This document shows, in pieces, positions 7,865 to 18,827 of a stretch of DNA of 50,540 nt. Position 1 is the stretch's first letter. Each line of letters starts with the position of its first letter. The stretch spans positions 1 through 50,540 of the forward strand of contig CAYFHS010000028.1 of NCBI GenBank assembly GCA_964342815.1, read 5' to 3'. Below the pieces are notes generated by a model that had not been told where the DNA came from, did not search any database, and worked only from the letters and a program-made list of their open reading frames with translations. This DNA is from an uncultured archaeon. Its GTDB lineage: Archaea > Thermoplasmatota > Penumbrarchaeia > JASLWR01. A program made the position numbers and the translations under genes.

Positions 7865-9484
7865 TCAGATCGGAGCGATCTCAACCGTGGAGCCTGTGTA
7901 TTGGAGCAGTTTCTTAAGTGAATTGTTATATTCTCCCGGACCAGCTATTAAAAGTTCTTCGGCAAGAGGTTGCAGGAACTTCCCAACATCTCTTTGGGCG
8001 TCGGAGTACTTCCATTCCCTCCCTGCTGTGGCCTTTAAACACAGCAAGAAAGCGAACATGGTGGAGAGTGCCTGCGAGTTTTCAGGATTCTGTTCGTCAA
8101 TTATTTTAATTGCCGCCTCCTTTCCTTTTGCCTTGTGGGTTTTAGCTATCTTATCCGCCAACCGGGCCTGGATCGGGAGTTTCTTTGCGTTGTATTCGGG
8201 AAGCTGCCGTATAATTGCCATAGCTTTGCTGGATTCCCTTGCTTCCTTCAATAGATCTCCGATCTCACCGGCATCGGTATTTCCGTCAGAATGTAATTTC
8301 TTGGAGATATTTTTATCGTTACACGCAGCCATGAGAGCCCAGAAACCGTAGTCTTTCCAGTAATCTGATAAAATGATGGGCAATGAGGGTTTTTTACGGT
8401 AGAGTTTGGGGGTTTTAACCCTTTTCAGGACCGATCTTAAGGCCAGTTCTTCCAGTTCAGTAGGTTTGGAAAACCTGACGAAAGCATCCAGGTTCTCGCT
8501 GAAACAGTAACTGTCATACATGAATAGATCATTTGTTGAGGACGTATAACCTTCAAATATATTTTCGTACTGTTTTTTTACCAGCATATGATCGTTCAAC
8601 TTGTAATCCAGATATTCTTTGTACAGGGTAGGATCCGTTTCGTTTACCACGCGAAATATACAGTTTTTTGTACCTTCTCGGCATTCAGGGGCGAACACAA
8701 CTTCAACGTTGAAATCCGACTTGACATTTGGCCCAGCCATAAGGGCTGCTAATTTCCCAACGCTATGGGTCGTTTTCTCCCTAAGTGTTATCTCGTCCAC
8801 GGCAACTATTGTATCAGCTGACTTCCAGTTTATTTTTAAGAAAGGTATTCTTGTCTGCATTCCTTTTGCTACTTTCGATGCTACAAGGTTTTTCGTCACA
8901 AAGGTCTTTGGGACTTTGTCACTATGTTTCAGATTTAAACCAAGTTCTCGTACGGCATCCTTTACAAATTCATCGGATGGGGCGGGACTGGTTCCGGTGC
9001 ACACCATGCCATCCTTCACCGAATATATGAAAATCTTCTTTTTTTCGCATAATTCCAGGTAAGTCATTAGGCGGTATTCTTTGTGATCATAGTGCTGAAT
9101 ACCGATAAGCTTTCTCTGATCGGTTTGTCCAATCATGGCATATGGGATTTGTCCGAAGGGTGTTTTGAAGAGACCCATGAAAGGAGGGGTCTCAGTATGA
9201 GGCAGTGTAAGTGTTCCAGCATAAGCTCTCGATATTTTATCTCCGCGTTTCGAAAGTGACTTCAGTTTCTTTGGATCGTCCCTGTATTTGCTGATTGCAT
9301 GGATCCTTTTTCGAATCTTTTTGATGGGACATCTGGCACATTTCCCCTCACATTTCGGAATTATTAGATCCGGATTTTTTCCAATGATCTTGGCCTTGTT
9401 GATCAACTCCCTTTCCTGGACTTTGGAAGTTGATCTCGCCCCCGTTCGAATCTTGTAATGTTGTTTGCTCTTGAAAAGCCCCAT
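7865..9484 (-). CDS. Conserved hypothetical cytoplasmic protein with Cys clusters
   Basis: 539-aa ORF; CEGKCARC near the N-terminus and CREGTKNC internally; resembles an uncharacterised Thermoplasmatota family (recollection only). Confidence 0.8.
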   Translation of the reverse strand: MGLFKSKQHYKIRTGARSTSKVQERELINKAKIIGKNPDLIIPKCEGKCARCPIKKIRKRIHAISKYRDDPKKLKSLSKRGDKISRAYAGTLTLPHTETPPFMGLFKTPFGQIPYAMIGQTDQRKLIGIQHYDHKEYRLMTYLELCEKKKIFIYSVKDGMVCTGTSPAPSDEFVKDAVRELGLNLKHSDKVPKTFVTKNLVASKVAKGMQTRIPFLKINWKSADTIVAVDEITLREKTTHSVGKLAALMAGPNVKSDFNVEVVFAPECREGTKNCIFRVVNETDPTLYKEYLDYKLNDHMLVKKQYENIFEGYTSSTNDLFMYDSYCFSENLDAFVRFSKPTELEELALRSVLKRVKTPKLYRKKPSLPIILSDYWKDYGFWALMAACNDKNISKKLHSDGNTDAGEIGDLLKEARESSKAMAIIRQLPEYNAKKLPIQARLADKIAKTHKAKGKEAAIKIIDEQNPENSQALSTMFAFLLCLKATAGREWKYSDAQRDVGKFLQPLAEELLIAGPGEYNNSLKKLLQYTGSTVEIAPI

Positions 9485-9754
9485 GATGCTTCACGGTGAT
9501 ATGAATGATTATACACTATAATATTTTATGGATTCATTTAGAGAATATGACAAATTCAACATGATCCATTTAGCAATAAATGAACTCGATACGAAAGTGA
9601 AATACCCGATGAAGGAACTGAATAATTATCGATTACAGCAATTGATTAATTAGCATTAAACACAAAACAAAGTTTTATAAGTCATTACAGACAATATTGC
9701 CGGGAATTAGCGATTATTAAAAGTACATTAATAAATGACGTAAGGTGTTGCCGT

Positions 9755-12553
9755 TTGTTGAAAAAAAGTCGATTTCAGCTAGTTTTTACAATCTTTTCGG
9801 TAATAATTCTTTTGTGTATGATCATCCCGAAGATAAATTTACTGGCTAATACTGAGAGTGCACCCACCCGGAGCAATAATCCCCCTAATGCTGTTGTCAC
9901 ATCCCCACAGAACGGAGGCAGCTATCCCGACAGCAGAGGAATATTGTTTGACGCTTCACAATCCACCGATCCCGACGGTGACCCACTGACCTTTACTTGG
10001 ACCATTATGATGTTCCCGCCACAACCGGGACCAAATATGTTCCCGATTATACGATATGCAGCCACCTTCACGGAAATTCTCGACGTCGGGAACTGGATGG
10101 TGACCGTGGACGTGAATGATTCGGTGGACAGCGCCTCACAGTTGATACAGATCACAGTAATTCACAACAATCCTCCCACAGCAGTAATCGCAAATCCAAC
10201 CAGCGGAGACGTTTTCACATCTATTGAAGAGATCTCCTTCTCCGCTGCCGGTTCTGCGGACCCTGATGGGGACGGCCTTGTATACCACTGGGAATCGTCC
10301 CTTGTGGGGAATCTATCGGAATCCGAATCTTTTTCCACCTTGCTCGAAGTAGGTACGCATACTATCAAGCTGTATGTAGAAGACATATATGAAACAAAAA
10401 GTGATGTTCAGGAGATCGAAATAACCGTTAGGATACCCAACTATCCTCCAACAATATTCATAACAGCACCCGATTCATCCAATCCCCGTACCGGTAAGCC
10501 TTTTCTGATCGAATGGACAGCTACCGATGCAAACATAAATGATATGCTTACTATCGATCTTTATTATAATTCGGCAAAGGAGGGCGCTGACAATCATCTT
10601 ATTGGATCCGATCTTGCGGACACCGGAAGCTATCTTTGGGACATCAGTGAACTTGAAAACGGTGAATATTACGTGTTTGGTGTTGTCACGGATAGTGAGC
10701 ACGCTGAAGGAAGCTCATGGAGTGCAGGTTATCTTCAAGTACATAAGAACTATTCCCCATCTCCCGTAACCGCAGTAAATATTGAGAACGCTCACGATCT
10801 TTCTCCAACCCTGTTCTGGGATGAATCGACTGATCCAAATGAGGATTCTGTCTCCTACATTATAAATATCGGAACCATTGAGGGGGGTACGGATATAGCG
10901 AAAGGGGAAACAACGAGCAAGAACCGTTTCCGTGTATCTTCCCGACTGGAATATAATCGAAGCTATTATCTCGAGATCACAGCTAGGGACAACTGGAACC
11001 TGGAGTCGGAGTCATTCGAAAAAACGTTCGAACTTATCAACCATGCTCCGCTTTTACCGGAGATAATCATTGAACCGCAGACCCCAACATCTACTACCCC
11101 TCTTCAGTGTGTAATTATGAAGGAAGCTGTGGATAATGATGGTGACGAGTTGAGTTTCACCTATAGGTGGTACAGGAAGACACCTGGGGGTTTCTTTGAA
11201 GAGATAGCCGACCTTTTCGATGAAATTGTCCCCACTTCTCGTCTAAGGTCAGGAGATATTTGGAAATGTGAATTAGAGATAACTGATGGTTACGTCAGTT
11301 CCTCAATTACGAGTTCAGCGGTCACTGTAAAAAATATAAGACCCGAAGCGGTGATCACGAGTCCCAAGACTATTGAAGATTTATTTACCACTGCCAGCGG
11401 CAGTGTGGAATTCTCCGCCAAAGGTTCTTTCGACGATGATGGTGACGAGATCGAATTTCTGTGGGAATCGAATCTGGATGGAACTCTGGGTAACGAGGAG
11501 ACCTTCAGCTTTCGATTACAAACAGGTGTTCATCAAATAACCCTAACCGTATCGGACGATGATGATTCTGATACCGCGAGAATTACTATTATAGTAGAGC
11601 CTGAGCTTATCATCATCGAAGAACTGTATATCAATCCTGGTTCGGCGAGAACGGGGGAGATAGTAATCGTTTACGCCTCAATAAGGAATTCCGGCGGGGA
11701 CGCGGGAAAACTGCTGGTTGAATTCCTGGTGAACAACAACCCCATAAGCACCGATACTATTGACGCGATACCTCACGATACCGCGAGGGAATCAAAAAGA
11801 TTCCAATGGGCTTCTTCAACTCCCGGTGAATTCACACTGACCATTAGGATTGGTGAGGTTTCAACCGAGGCTTCATTGAAAGTGACAGGTACTCAAACAG
11901 ATGACGAGCCGAGTTCTCTTACATCACCGGAGGAAACCGGTGAAAACGGGAAAGGTCTTACGGATCAATTATCGGGGAAGCCATGGTTAATTGTTGTTGC
12001 AATCGGTCTATTGGGTGTGATTGTAATATTCGGTGTGTTGGCTCATAAGGAGAACAAACTAAAGCAGAAGCGGAAAATAAGAGGGAAAAAGAAATCAACG
12101 GGGGGAGATGCTGAACGCACACCATCCATGGGAGTGTACGAACCTTTCCAAAGCTATGTGTCGGGAATGCAAACTTATCTTCCGCCAATGCCGTATTTCG
12201 ACGAGAGAATATTCGAATCCGCCAGACTGCTTCCCATACCCTCAAATACCCCTCCAAAAGGTGTAATCGACATCTCCGGATCACCTGATAGCGCAGCTAT
12301 ACCGCAAGTTTCTCAATCATTGGACGATTATGGAAAACGAATCGATGTCGATATGGGGGACCTCCAATCCGAACTGGATGCGATACCCGTACCGGCAGGA
12401 AGCGAGGCACATGTGGAGACCTTGATCCCGGTAGAGGATGATGTTCTAGTGGTTGAATGTTATCATTGCGGTGGGGATATCCCAGTCGTTTCAAGCGATA
12501 GACCATTAGTAGTAGTGTGTCCCGGCTGCGGGACCGAAGGGGAGCTTAGTTGA
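9755..12553 (+). CDS. Cell-surface PKD/FN3/CARDB protein with TM helix, Pro-rich cytoplasmic tail and terminal Zn ribbon
   Basis: TTG start, signal peptide, NNPPNAVVTSP...FDASQSTDPDGDPLTFTW repeats, TM WLIVVAIGLLGVIVIFGVLA, terminal CYHC...CPGCG. Confidence 0.9.
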   Translation: MLKKSRFQLVFTIFSVIILLCMIIPKINLLANTESAPTRSNNPPNAVVTSPQNGGSYPDSRGILFDASQSTDPDGDPLTFTWTIMMFPPQPGPNMFPIIRYAATFTEILDVGNWMVTVDVNDSVDSASQLIQITVIHNNPPTAVIANPTSGDVFTSIEEISFSAAGSADPDGDGLVYHWESSLVGNLSESESFSTLLEVGTHTIKLYVEDIYETKSDVQEIEITVRIPNYPPTIFITAPDSSNPRTGKPFLIEWTATDANINDMLTIDLYYNSAKEGADNHLIGSDLADTGSYLWDISELENGEYYVFGVVTDSEHAEGSSWSAGYLQVHKNYSPSPVTAVNIENAHDLSPTLFWDESTDPNEDSVSYIINIGTIEGGTDIAKGETTSKNRFRVSSRLEYNRSYYLEITARDNWNLESESFEKTFELINHAPLLPEIIIEPQTPTSTTPLQCVIMKEAVDNDGDELSFTYRWYRKTPGGFFEEIADLFDEIVPTSRLRSGDIWKCELEITDGYVSSSITSSAVTVKNIRPEAVITSPKTIEDLFTTASGSVEFSAKGSFDDDGDEIEFLWESNLDGTLGNEETFSFRLQTGVHQITLTVSDDDDSDTARITIIVEPELIIIEELYINPGSARTGEIVIVYASIRNSGGDAGKLLVEFLVNNNPISTDTIDAIPHDTARESKRFQWASSTPGEFTLTIRIGEVSTEASLKVTGTQTDDEPSSLTSPEETGENGKGLTDQLSGKPWLIVVAIGLLGVIVIFGVLAHKENKLKQKRKIRGKKKSTGGDAERTPSMGVYEPFQSYVSGMQTYLPPMPYFDERIFESARLLPIPSNTPPKGVIDISGSPDSAAIPQVSQSLDDYGKRIDVDMGDLQSELDAIPVPAGSEAHVETLIPVEDDVLVVECYHCGGDIPVVSSDRPLVVVCPGCGTEGELS

Positions 12554-12561
12554 TAATTTTT

Positions 12562-15500
12562 TTATTTAAAACTCCAGACCTTCATACCACCCTTAGGTCC
12601 AATCTCCGGACTTGTCCTTCCGTACTTATCGACAGGCTCAATTTCAATTTCTTGCTTTACGCCCCCGTAGATATGAAATACCACTGCTGCAGCCAAGATA
12701 ATTATAATGAAAATCACGATCCATTTGAATCCGGATGAATCTTTTTCTATCCTTCCTCCGCTTCCATCGTCGTCCGAAGGTTCTTCAACTGTATCAGATA
12801 TATTTTCTGCAGTTTCAGGGTTTACCAACACAGTCATATTCAAACTATCCTCGCCAATATTTCCAGCCTTGTCCTTTACTTTCAGTACTACAGAGTAATT
12901 ATCGGCATTTTCAAAGATGAAACTGATATTTGAACCATATAATTTAAAAAAAACTCTAATCTCATCATCAGCAAAATTATTTTGATTCGTCTGATAAAAG
13001 ATCCAGGTGTAATTTACTATCCCAACATTGTCTCGACATCCGCTTCCGTTTAGTCGACATGTCGAATCGGTATTCAAGTTCATATCTTCCCCCGCATACG
13101 CATAAGGTTTCTCGGTATCCAGAACTCTCACGTTGATAGAATCCTTGTCCTGCAGCCCCATCTTATCTGTCACAGTGAGATTAATCGTGTAATTACCAGT
13201 AATATTGAAAATGAAATTCGTATTGCGTCCGAATAGAGTTATATTGCTACCTTCGTATTGAAAATTCCAGGTATATTTTATTATTTCTATATTATCCCGG
13301 CTCGAATTACCATTGAAAAACGCTTTTTCACACTGACCGATAATAATGTCATTTCCTGCATCAGCGGTGGGATACGTTGAGTCAATAACCCTCAGCTTCA
13401 GAATATCGGTATCCCAGTTCAATGAAGTATCGGTAACGTTCAATGTTATAACGTAAGTACCGACTTTGTCAAATTTGAAATGAGCCGTATCACCGTATAG
13501 AATTATTTCTCTCTCCCCATAGGTATAATTCCAGGTATAATCCATAAAATCGATATTGTCATAACTATTCGCTGCATTGAAATAAGCATTTTCGCTTTGA
13601 TTTATAGTAATGTTCGCTCCTGCGTTGGCGATAGGTGGATCATTATCAAGTATGGGAATCTTAGTGGATTTGCTTATTTTATAATTCCCCGCACAATCGG
13701 TCATATTGAACCGGAAACTTATTTCCCATACATCATCCGGTATCGAAATGTTGCATACAGCACTGTTTCCGTCAACCATATCCATGATCATATCATGAAA
13801 CATAAAATCATCGAAAGAATACAAAAAGATTACTTCTTTCACACCGGTATTGTCCGAGAAATATGCATAACAAGTAGTATTTTCGCCCGTGGTGGGCGCA
13901 GAAATAGTACCGCCTATAATCAATTCCGGTTTACTAGTATCAATAACCACTATTCGATTTGTCGACGTCTCCAATATATTTCCCATGGCATCCTCAACAT
14001 TGAAATAATAATCGATCCAACTTGAATTTAATTCAACCACTATCGTTCCCTTCCATTGGACAAGATCATTGGAATTCATTGATACGGTATAATATTTATT
14101 GGCATCATAGGAATAATTTATAGAGACCGATCCGATCCAGATATTATCGGTAACGACCACATCAAAGCTATGCTCTTCACCGGTATAGGCAGTTTTCGCA
14201 GTTTCATCCGTTATCAATGACGGCGATTCGTCTTCAATATAATTGGAACTGAACAATAAAGGAAATGAATCATTAGATCCTGCATAGCCGGTGATCAAAT
14301 ATGGTGAATCCCACGCCTTTTCCATGGGTGAGGTATAGGGATAACGTATTTTATAGTCGGACCAGAAATTCCCATTACCCCGCTCATCATTCCATTGATT
14401 GTTATAACCGTTATCCCTTGCCATATCGGAGAAATCAGATTTATAGAAATTATTGAAAACCAATTTATTATTCTCTGAATGAGACGTGGGCAAATCTATC
14501 CCGTAATTTGTATTGTCCTTCAAAGTATTGTAATGAATATCATTATTATCAGCATTGTTAAGTGATATGCCTTTCTCATTATATGAACACGTATTGTTGC
14601 TTATATTATTGAAATTGGATCCGTATTGTGAATTAAGACCCCAAAGATAAATGCCGATCTCGTTCCGGGAGAGCGTATTATTGGTGAAGTAGTTGTTCCA
14701 TCCGGAACCATAATACCCGCGATTAAATAAAAATATACCACAACCTGTATTATCGTTACAAGTATTCCGATTTACATAGTTATTGTTGGAATTTCTTATC
14801 TCGATTCCAATCTCATTATCCTCGCATATGTTTTTGGATATATTGTTAAAGCCATCAAGGGATTGAATACCCGCGCCTTCAATTTTTATACCATGCATAT
14901 TATCGGAGCAAGTATTGTTTATTACATGTGTCCTGTAAATTTGGTAAAGAGATATGCCTAATAAATTGCTTTCACATGTATTGTTCGAAATGATATTTTG
15001 ATCCCCGCTCGCAATAATTCCGTTATAGGAGTTTGAATTACAGATATTATTTGATATGGTATTTTCCGAACCACTAACTTTGATACCATTACGAGTAAAG
15101 ATGCATCGATTGTGCTCTAAGAAATTACGGGAACCTTCTACAAGAATACTATCTTTCCTGTTTATTTTACAGGTGTTCTTCACGATTAAATTGTCATTTG
15201 AATTGCTCAAATGTATTCCCATGGAATTGTTAAAAATGTAATTTGAATCAATTCGACACATTTCCGTATTGATGATGTGAATTGCGGCATAGTTATTATC
15301 CGAACCGCTGTTTGTTAATCCAAAATGGGATACCATCACATTTCTTGCGCTTATTAGAATTACGTCGCTATTGCCACCGCCATCGATAATCGTATTACTA
15401 CTATCGGCACCTACCAGATTTATTGTTTTGTTAACAATAAGATTCTCGTAATAGATCTCCGCCTCCACGTACACCGTATCCCCCTGGCTTGCATTATCTA

Positions 15501-15690
15501 TGGCCCATTGTATGTGAGTATAATCCCCCGAACCCGATGCGTTGACCACAAGAGTAGAACCACCCGCTCTTTCCGTTTTTTCCGTCTCCGGCAAGTCCCC
15601 ACGACATTCCGGCAGGGCCATGCCCATCAGGAAAAAGGCCATCACAATTACGAACGTCATTATGATTTTACTGAATCGCATTATAATCAT
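12562..15690 (-). CDS. Cell-surface NosD/CASH right-handed beta-helix plus PKD-repeat protein
   Basis: YTHIQWAIDNA start, many 'GI.L..S.NN.I..NT' coils, GNFWSDY motif, three P.A.AG.D PKD repeats, C-terminal TM. Confidence 0.92.
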   Translation of the reverse strand: MIIMRFSKIIMTFVIVMAFFLMGMALPECRGDLPETEKTERAGGSTLVVNASGSGDYTHIQWAIDNASQGDTVYVEAEIYYENLIVNKTINLVGADSSNTIIDGGGNSDVILISARNVMVSHFGLTNSGSDNNYAAIHIINTEMCRIDSNYIFNNSMGIHLSNSNDNLIVKNTCKINRKDSILVEGSRNFLEHNRCIFTRNGIKVSGSENTISNNICNSNSYNGIIASGDQNIISNNTCESNLLGISLYQIYRTHVINNTCSDNMHGIKIEGAGIQSLDGFNNISKNICEDNEIGIEIRNSNNNYVNRNTCNDNTGCGIFLFNRGYYGSGWNNYFTNNTLSRNEIGIYLWGLNSQYGSNFNNISNNTCSYNEKGISLNNADNNDIHYNTLKDNTNYGIDLPTSHSENNKLVFNNFYKSDFSDMARDNGYNNQWNDERGNGNFWSDYKIRYPYTSPMEKAWDSPYLITGYAGSNDSFPLLFSSNYIEDESPSLITDETAKTAYTGEEHSFDVVVTDNIWIGSVSINYSYDANKYYTVSMNSNDLVQWKGTIVVELNSSWIDYYFNVEDAMGNILETSTNRIVVIDTSKPELIIGGTISAPTTGENTTCYAYFSDNTGVKEVIFLYSFDDFMFHDMIMDMVDGNSAVCNISIPDDVWEISFRFNMTDCAGNYKISKSTKIPILDNDPPIANAGANITINQSENAYFNAANSYDNIDFMDYTWNYTYGEREIILYGDTAHFKFDKVGTYVITLNVTDTSLNWDTDILKLRVIDSTYPTADAGNDIIIGQCEKAFFNGNSSRDNIEIIKYTWNFQYEGSNITLFGRNTNFIFNITGNYTINLTVTDKMGLQDKDSINVRVLDTEKPYAYAGEDMNLNTDSTCRLNGSGCRDNVGIVNYTWIFYQTNQNNFADDEIRVFFKLYGSNISFIFENADNYSVVLKVKDKAGNIGEDSLNMTVLVNPETAENISDTVEEPSDDDGSGGRIEKDSSGFKWIVIFIIIILAAAVVFHIYGGVKQEIEIEPVDKYGRTSPEIGPKGGMKVWSFK

Positions 15691-15820
15691 CCCGGGTTTT
15701 AATATGATGAATATTCCCGGGGTGTTTTATATAATTTGTAGTACAACCTTTGAATTCAATTGATGCTGTTTTATAAGAAAAGGTTCTTCAAAATACAAAA
15801 ATAATAATCAACTTTTTTAT

Positions 15821-16924
15821 CTACTTTCTCCGCTTCCCTTTCCTCGACCTTTTTTTCCTATACTTTCTCTTTTTACCCTTTTTCTGTTCAGGCGGATCCG
15901 GGTATTTCCTCCGGATTATCTCTACCTTCAGGTCCACCTGTTCCTTAAGGTCCTCCGAAATATCCCTTCCTGAATGATAATCAACTTTTACGGCAAGCGA
16001 TATTTTCGAAGCCAGGGTCCGAGCGATGTTTCCGCGCTGCCAGTAGGGGGCCGAATGAATAATAGGGTGCATAAAAATGATCCCGTGCTTTGGGGGCAGC
16101 CCCTTATGCTTAAGGAAGCGGAACAGTGCTTTTTCGGCACCAAGCATCTGCACCGTGGATGCCGGGAGGCGGGAGAGGCGCTCAAGAGAGCCTGCAAGGG
16201 CTATCAACCTCGCCCCGACGTTGGGTCCGGCAAGAGCTGTGAGATTGGGAGCAACGGCCTTCATGGACCTCTTTATGTATCTCTGTGCTTCTTCCAAAGT
16301 GTTGTCGATGTTTTTTATTTGTTTCGATAATAGGGAATACTGAAATAACTCGTCGTCACCCACTTCGCTTCCCGTATGCTCTGCTGAAAGTTCGGGAGGA
16401 CCGAGTAAAGCCGATATCTCCTTCCTGTCGCTACCCACGCTTACGACCTCAACCAACCGGTCGTGGTCAACTGCGGAGACCACTTCTGGAAAATAGATAT
16501 TATACCACTCTGCTAATCTTTCGCATAGCACGTTCTTCGATTTTATCAGCTCGTCTGTCATGTTGATGGCCTGAATAATGTGTTTGTCCTTTTCCACCTC
16601 GACAATTAGAGATTCCTTGGCGAGAAGAATAGTCGCCTCGTGCAGAAGAGAGATGTCAAAGCCCTGGTCCCCTGGTGCTAGTTCGAGTCTCTCGACGATC
16701 TCATAGCACAGATCGCCCAATCGTTTGTCGTCACCTTCAAGCTTTACTTTTTCTTGATCTGAAAGCCGACCAACTAATGATAATTCTTCCTCGAGTATGT
16801 CCTGGGATTGCAAGCTCCTGAGCCGTATTGATATCTCTTCGGGGTCCTTTGGGAACAGTTCCTTGTCTATTATCTCTCCATGTGAGATAAGAAAAGAACC
16901 GAACCACTGGGTTGTAAGTATCAT
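15821..16924 (-). CDS. nop5: Nop5 (Nop56/58) box C/D sRNP protein
   Basis: ERLAEWYNIYFPE, APNLTALAGPNVGARLIALAGSLERLSRLPASTVQMLGAEKALF, PKHGIIF, RG.IAR.LA.K, Lys-rich tail. Confidence 0.96.
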   Translation of the reverse strand: MILTTQWFGSFLISHGEIIDKELFPKDPEEISIRLRSLQSQDILEEELSLVGRLSDQEKVKLEGDDKRLGDLCYEIVERLELAPGDQGFDISLLHEATILLAKESLIVEVEKDKHIIQAINMTDELIKSKNVLCERLAEWYNIYFPEVVSAVDHDRLVEVVSVGSDRKEISALLGPPELSAEHTGSEVGDDELFQYSLLSKQIKNIDNTLEEAQRYIKRSMKAVAPNLTALAGPNVGARLIALAGSLERLSRLPASTVQMLGAEKALFRFLKHKGLPPKHGIIFMHPIIHSAPYWQRGNIARTLASKISLAVKVDYHSGRDISEDLKEQVDLKVEIIRRKYPDPPEQKKGKKRKYRKKRSRKGKRRK

Positions 16925-16944
16925 TAGTATACCTCAAATAAATA

Positions 16945-18459
16945 TTACTGGTTTGCCGAGTACAGGGCGTAGGAACCCACGATCTTGGCGGCCAAAGCCT
17001 GGGATTCAGCATTCTGTCGTTCGGCAATATCAAGGTAAGTATGATATTCCCAGCTGCCTGAACCCCAGGTACATGATACTGGAATACCGTTATTGGCAAA
17101 TATATTTTGATCGCTTCCTGCGCTGAGTAGGGAGCTCCATGTGACAGGTACTTGATATTTTTGGAATCTTTCCTCTTTTAATACCACATCTCGGATCTTC
17201 TTGACGATTTTGATTGATTCATTACTGGAGAATTGGATAGGTAAACTGTTCCCGCGTTCAAGGTCCACGTTATCCATATCGAAATTTAACATTTCGACAC
17301 AATTTTCAAGTAGTTCTTCTCGATGTGCCTGAAAATATAATCGGGAACCAAAAAGCCCTTCTTCCTCACCACCGAAGGTACATAAGCGTATGGTCTTTTT
17401 CGGGGTATATCTCGCTAAACCACGTGCCAGCCCTATAATTGTGATTGTTCCCACTGTGTTATCGATGCCTCCGGGACCATTGTACACTGTATCGTGGTGG
17501 GCTCCCATAACTATCAATTCATCGCTAGTCCCCTTGATCTCCCCGACCACTACGTTCAAATTCGTTTCACCAATGGGTATGTCGAAATTCAGCCTTATCT
17601 TGTGGTCCGATTGAAGTCGGTTTATATCATCTCCCATGTCTTTGGACACCATGAAAAAAGGGATGTCCGGGTAACTTGAATCGGGCCACCTTTCCGGTAA
17701 AGGTGATGATTTGAATATTGGAGGATAATTAATCTGAGCACCGTTTGCCTGATTGTGAAGAATTATGGCAGCAGCTCCGTTTTCCCATGCCTTGAAGAAC
17801 AGCTCGCTGTTACCCGGAGCACCGGAGGAACTCCCACCGCCCCACCTTACGATAACTGCCTTACCACCGATTCCCTCATAATCACTGTTGTCTCTTCCGT
17901 CACCGATGTTGACAGTTTCCAAATCATCCATATTGTTTGACCAATGGAGGGAACCCGAATAACCCTGAATAACGAAATCTACGGCATGCCTATATTCAAT
18001 AATTGGACTTAAAGGATTCGGGACTCCCACATCCAAAGGACCGTTGAAGATGTAAGGAACCAGAGAAACCTCTACATTTTTTGGATTGAACATTACTACG
18101 GGGTATTCCTCAATGTGTGCTTCGCTGAGACCGGCTTTCTGGAATTGTTCCAAGATGTACTTTGCTCCTCTGTATTCCGATTCGGTCCCAGTCAATCTAC
18201 CACCCTTAACGCCGTCATTGACCATTCCCATATCGCAAAGCGTTTTTCCATCTAGGGTGCATTTTTGCTCATCAAAATCTATAATGATGTAACCTTCCTT
18301 CCGTTCCCCGAAAACTCCGCGTTTGACTGATATTCCTATTGTGGCTATGACTATAAGAAAGATTATAATAACTGCAATGATCTTTTTGTTCTGTAATAAA
18401 ACCTTCATTGGTCTTACTTTTTCTGACACATTCTTTTTGTCGGAGAAAGGATTTTTCAT
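16945..18459 (-). CDS. Membrane-anchored M28 aminopeptidase with PA domain
   Basis: N-terminal TM; GAHHDT, DNTVG, GGEEEGLFGS, NFDM, YHTYLD zinc-ligand motifs. Confidence 0.93.
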   Translation of the reverse strand: MKNPFSDKKNVSEKVRPMKVLLQNKKIIAVIIIFLIVIATIGISVKRGVFGERKEGYIIIDFDEQKCTLDGKTLCDMGMVNDGVKGGRLTGTESEYRGAKYILEQFQKAGLSEAHIEEYPVVMFNPKNVEVSLVPYIFNGPLDVGVPNPLSPIIEYRHAVDFVIQGYSGSLHWSNNMDDLETVNIGDGRDNSDYEGIGGKAVIVRWGGGSSSGAPGNSELFFKAWENGAAAIILHNQANGAQINYPPIFKSSPLPERWPDSSYPDIPFFMVSKDMGDDINRLQSDHKIRLNFDIPIGETNLNVVVGEIKGTSDELIVMGAHHDTVYNGPGGIDNTVGTITIIGLARGLARYTPKKTIRLCTFGGEEEGLFGSRLYFQAHREELLENCVEMLNFDMDNVDLERGNSLPIQFSSNESIKIVKKIRDVVLKEERFQKYQVPVTWSSLLSAGSDQNIFANNGIPVSCTWGSGSWEYHTYLDIAERQNAESQALAAKIVGSYALYSANQ

Positions 18460-18827
18460 TTGATCGACGATAAATCCCTCTTTGAATATTTATAATCTGG
18501 TATACTTTTCAACCCAACTTTGACCATTTGGATAACACAGAGCCTGCGGCCAATAAGTTAAAATCCGTTGAATTCCTTAAACTCGAAAGGAGACCAATTT
18601 GACTTGCCACTTTTTCAAGCCGAGCCAGAAGGACTTGGTTTTCACCGTGAATATGGGCATACTTCAGAGATTGTTTCACCCTAATATGATTAAGAAGCTT
18701 AGTTATAACGCATTAGGACAGAAATATTTAATTATGTATTTTTTCATCTTATCCGAAAATTTAAATTCGGTAATAGCTCCGGATCAACGAAATTTCCTTT
18801 TTACACCATGAATAAGGCGGGAAAAAA

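Noticed and set aside
15704-15710. C-box (ATGATGA) near nop5 as a box C/D sRNA
   Set aside because: No D box (CTGA) at suitable distance downstream, and it lies in the promoter of the opposite-strand gene.
18599-18811. 70-aa ORF or riboswitch upstream of pycB
   Set aside because: No motif or convincing structure; more likely divergent promoter sequence.
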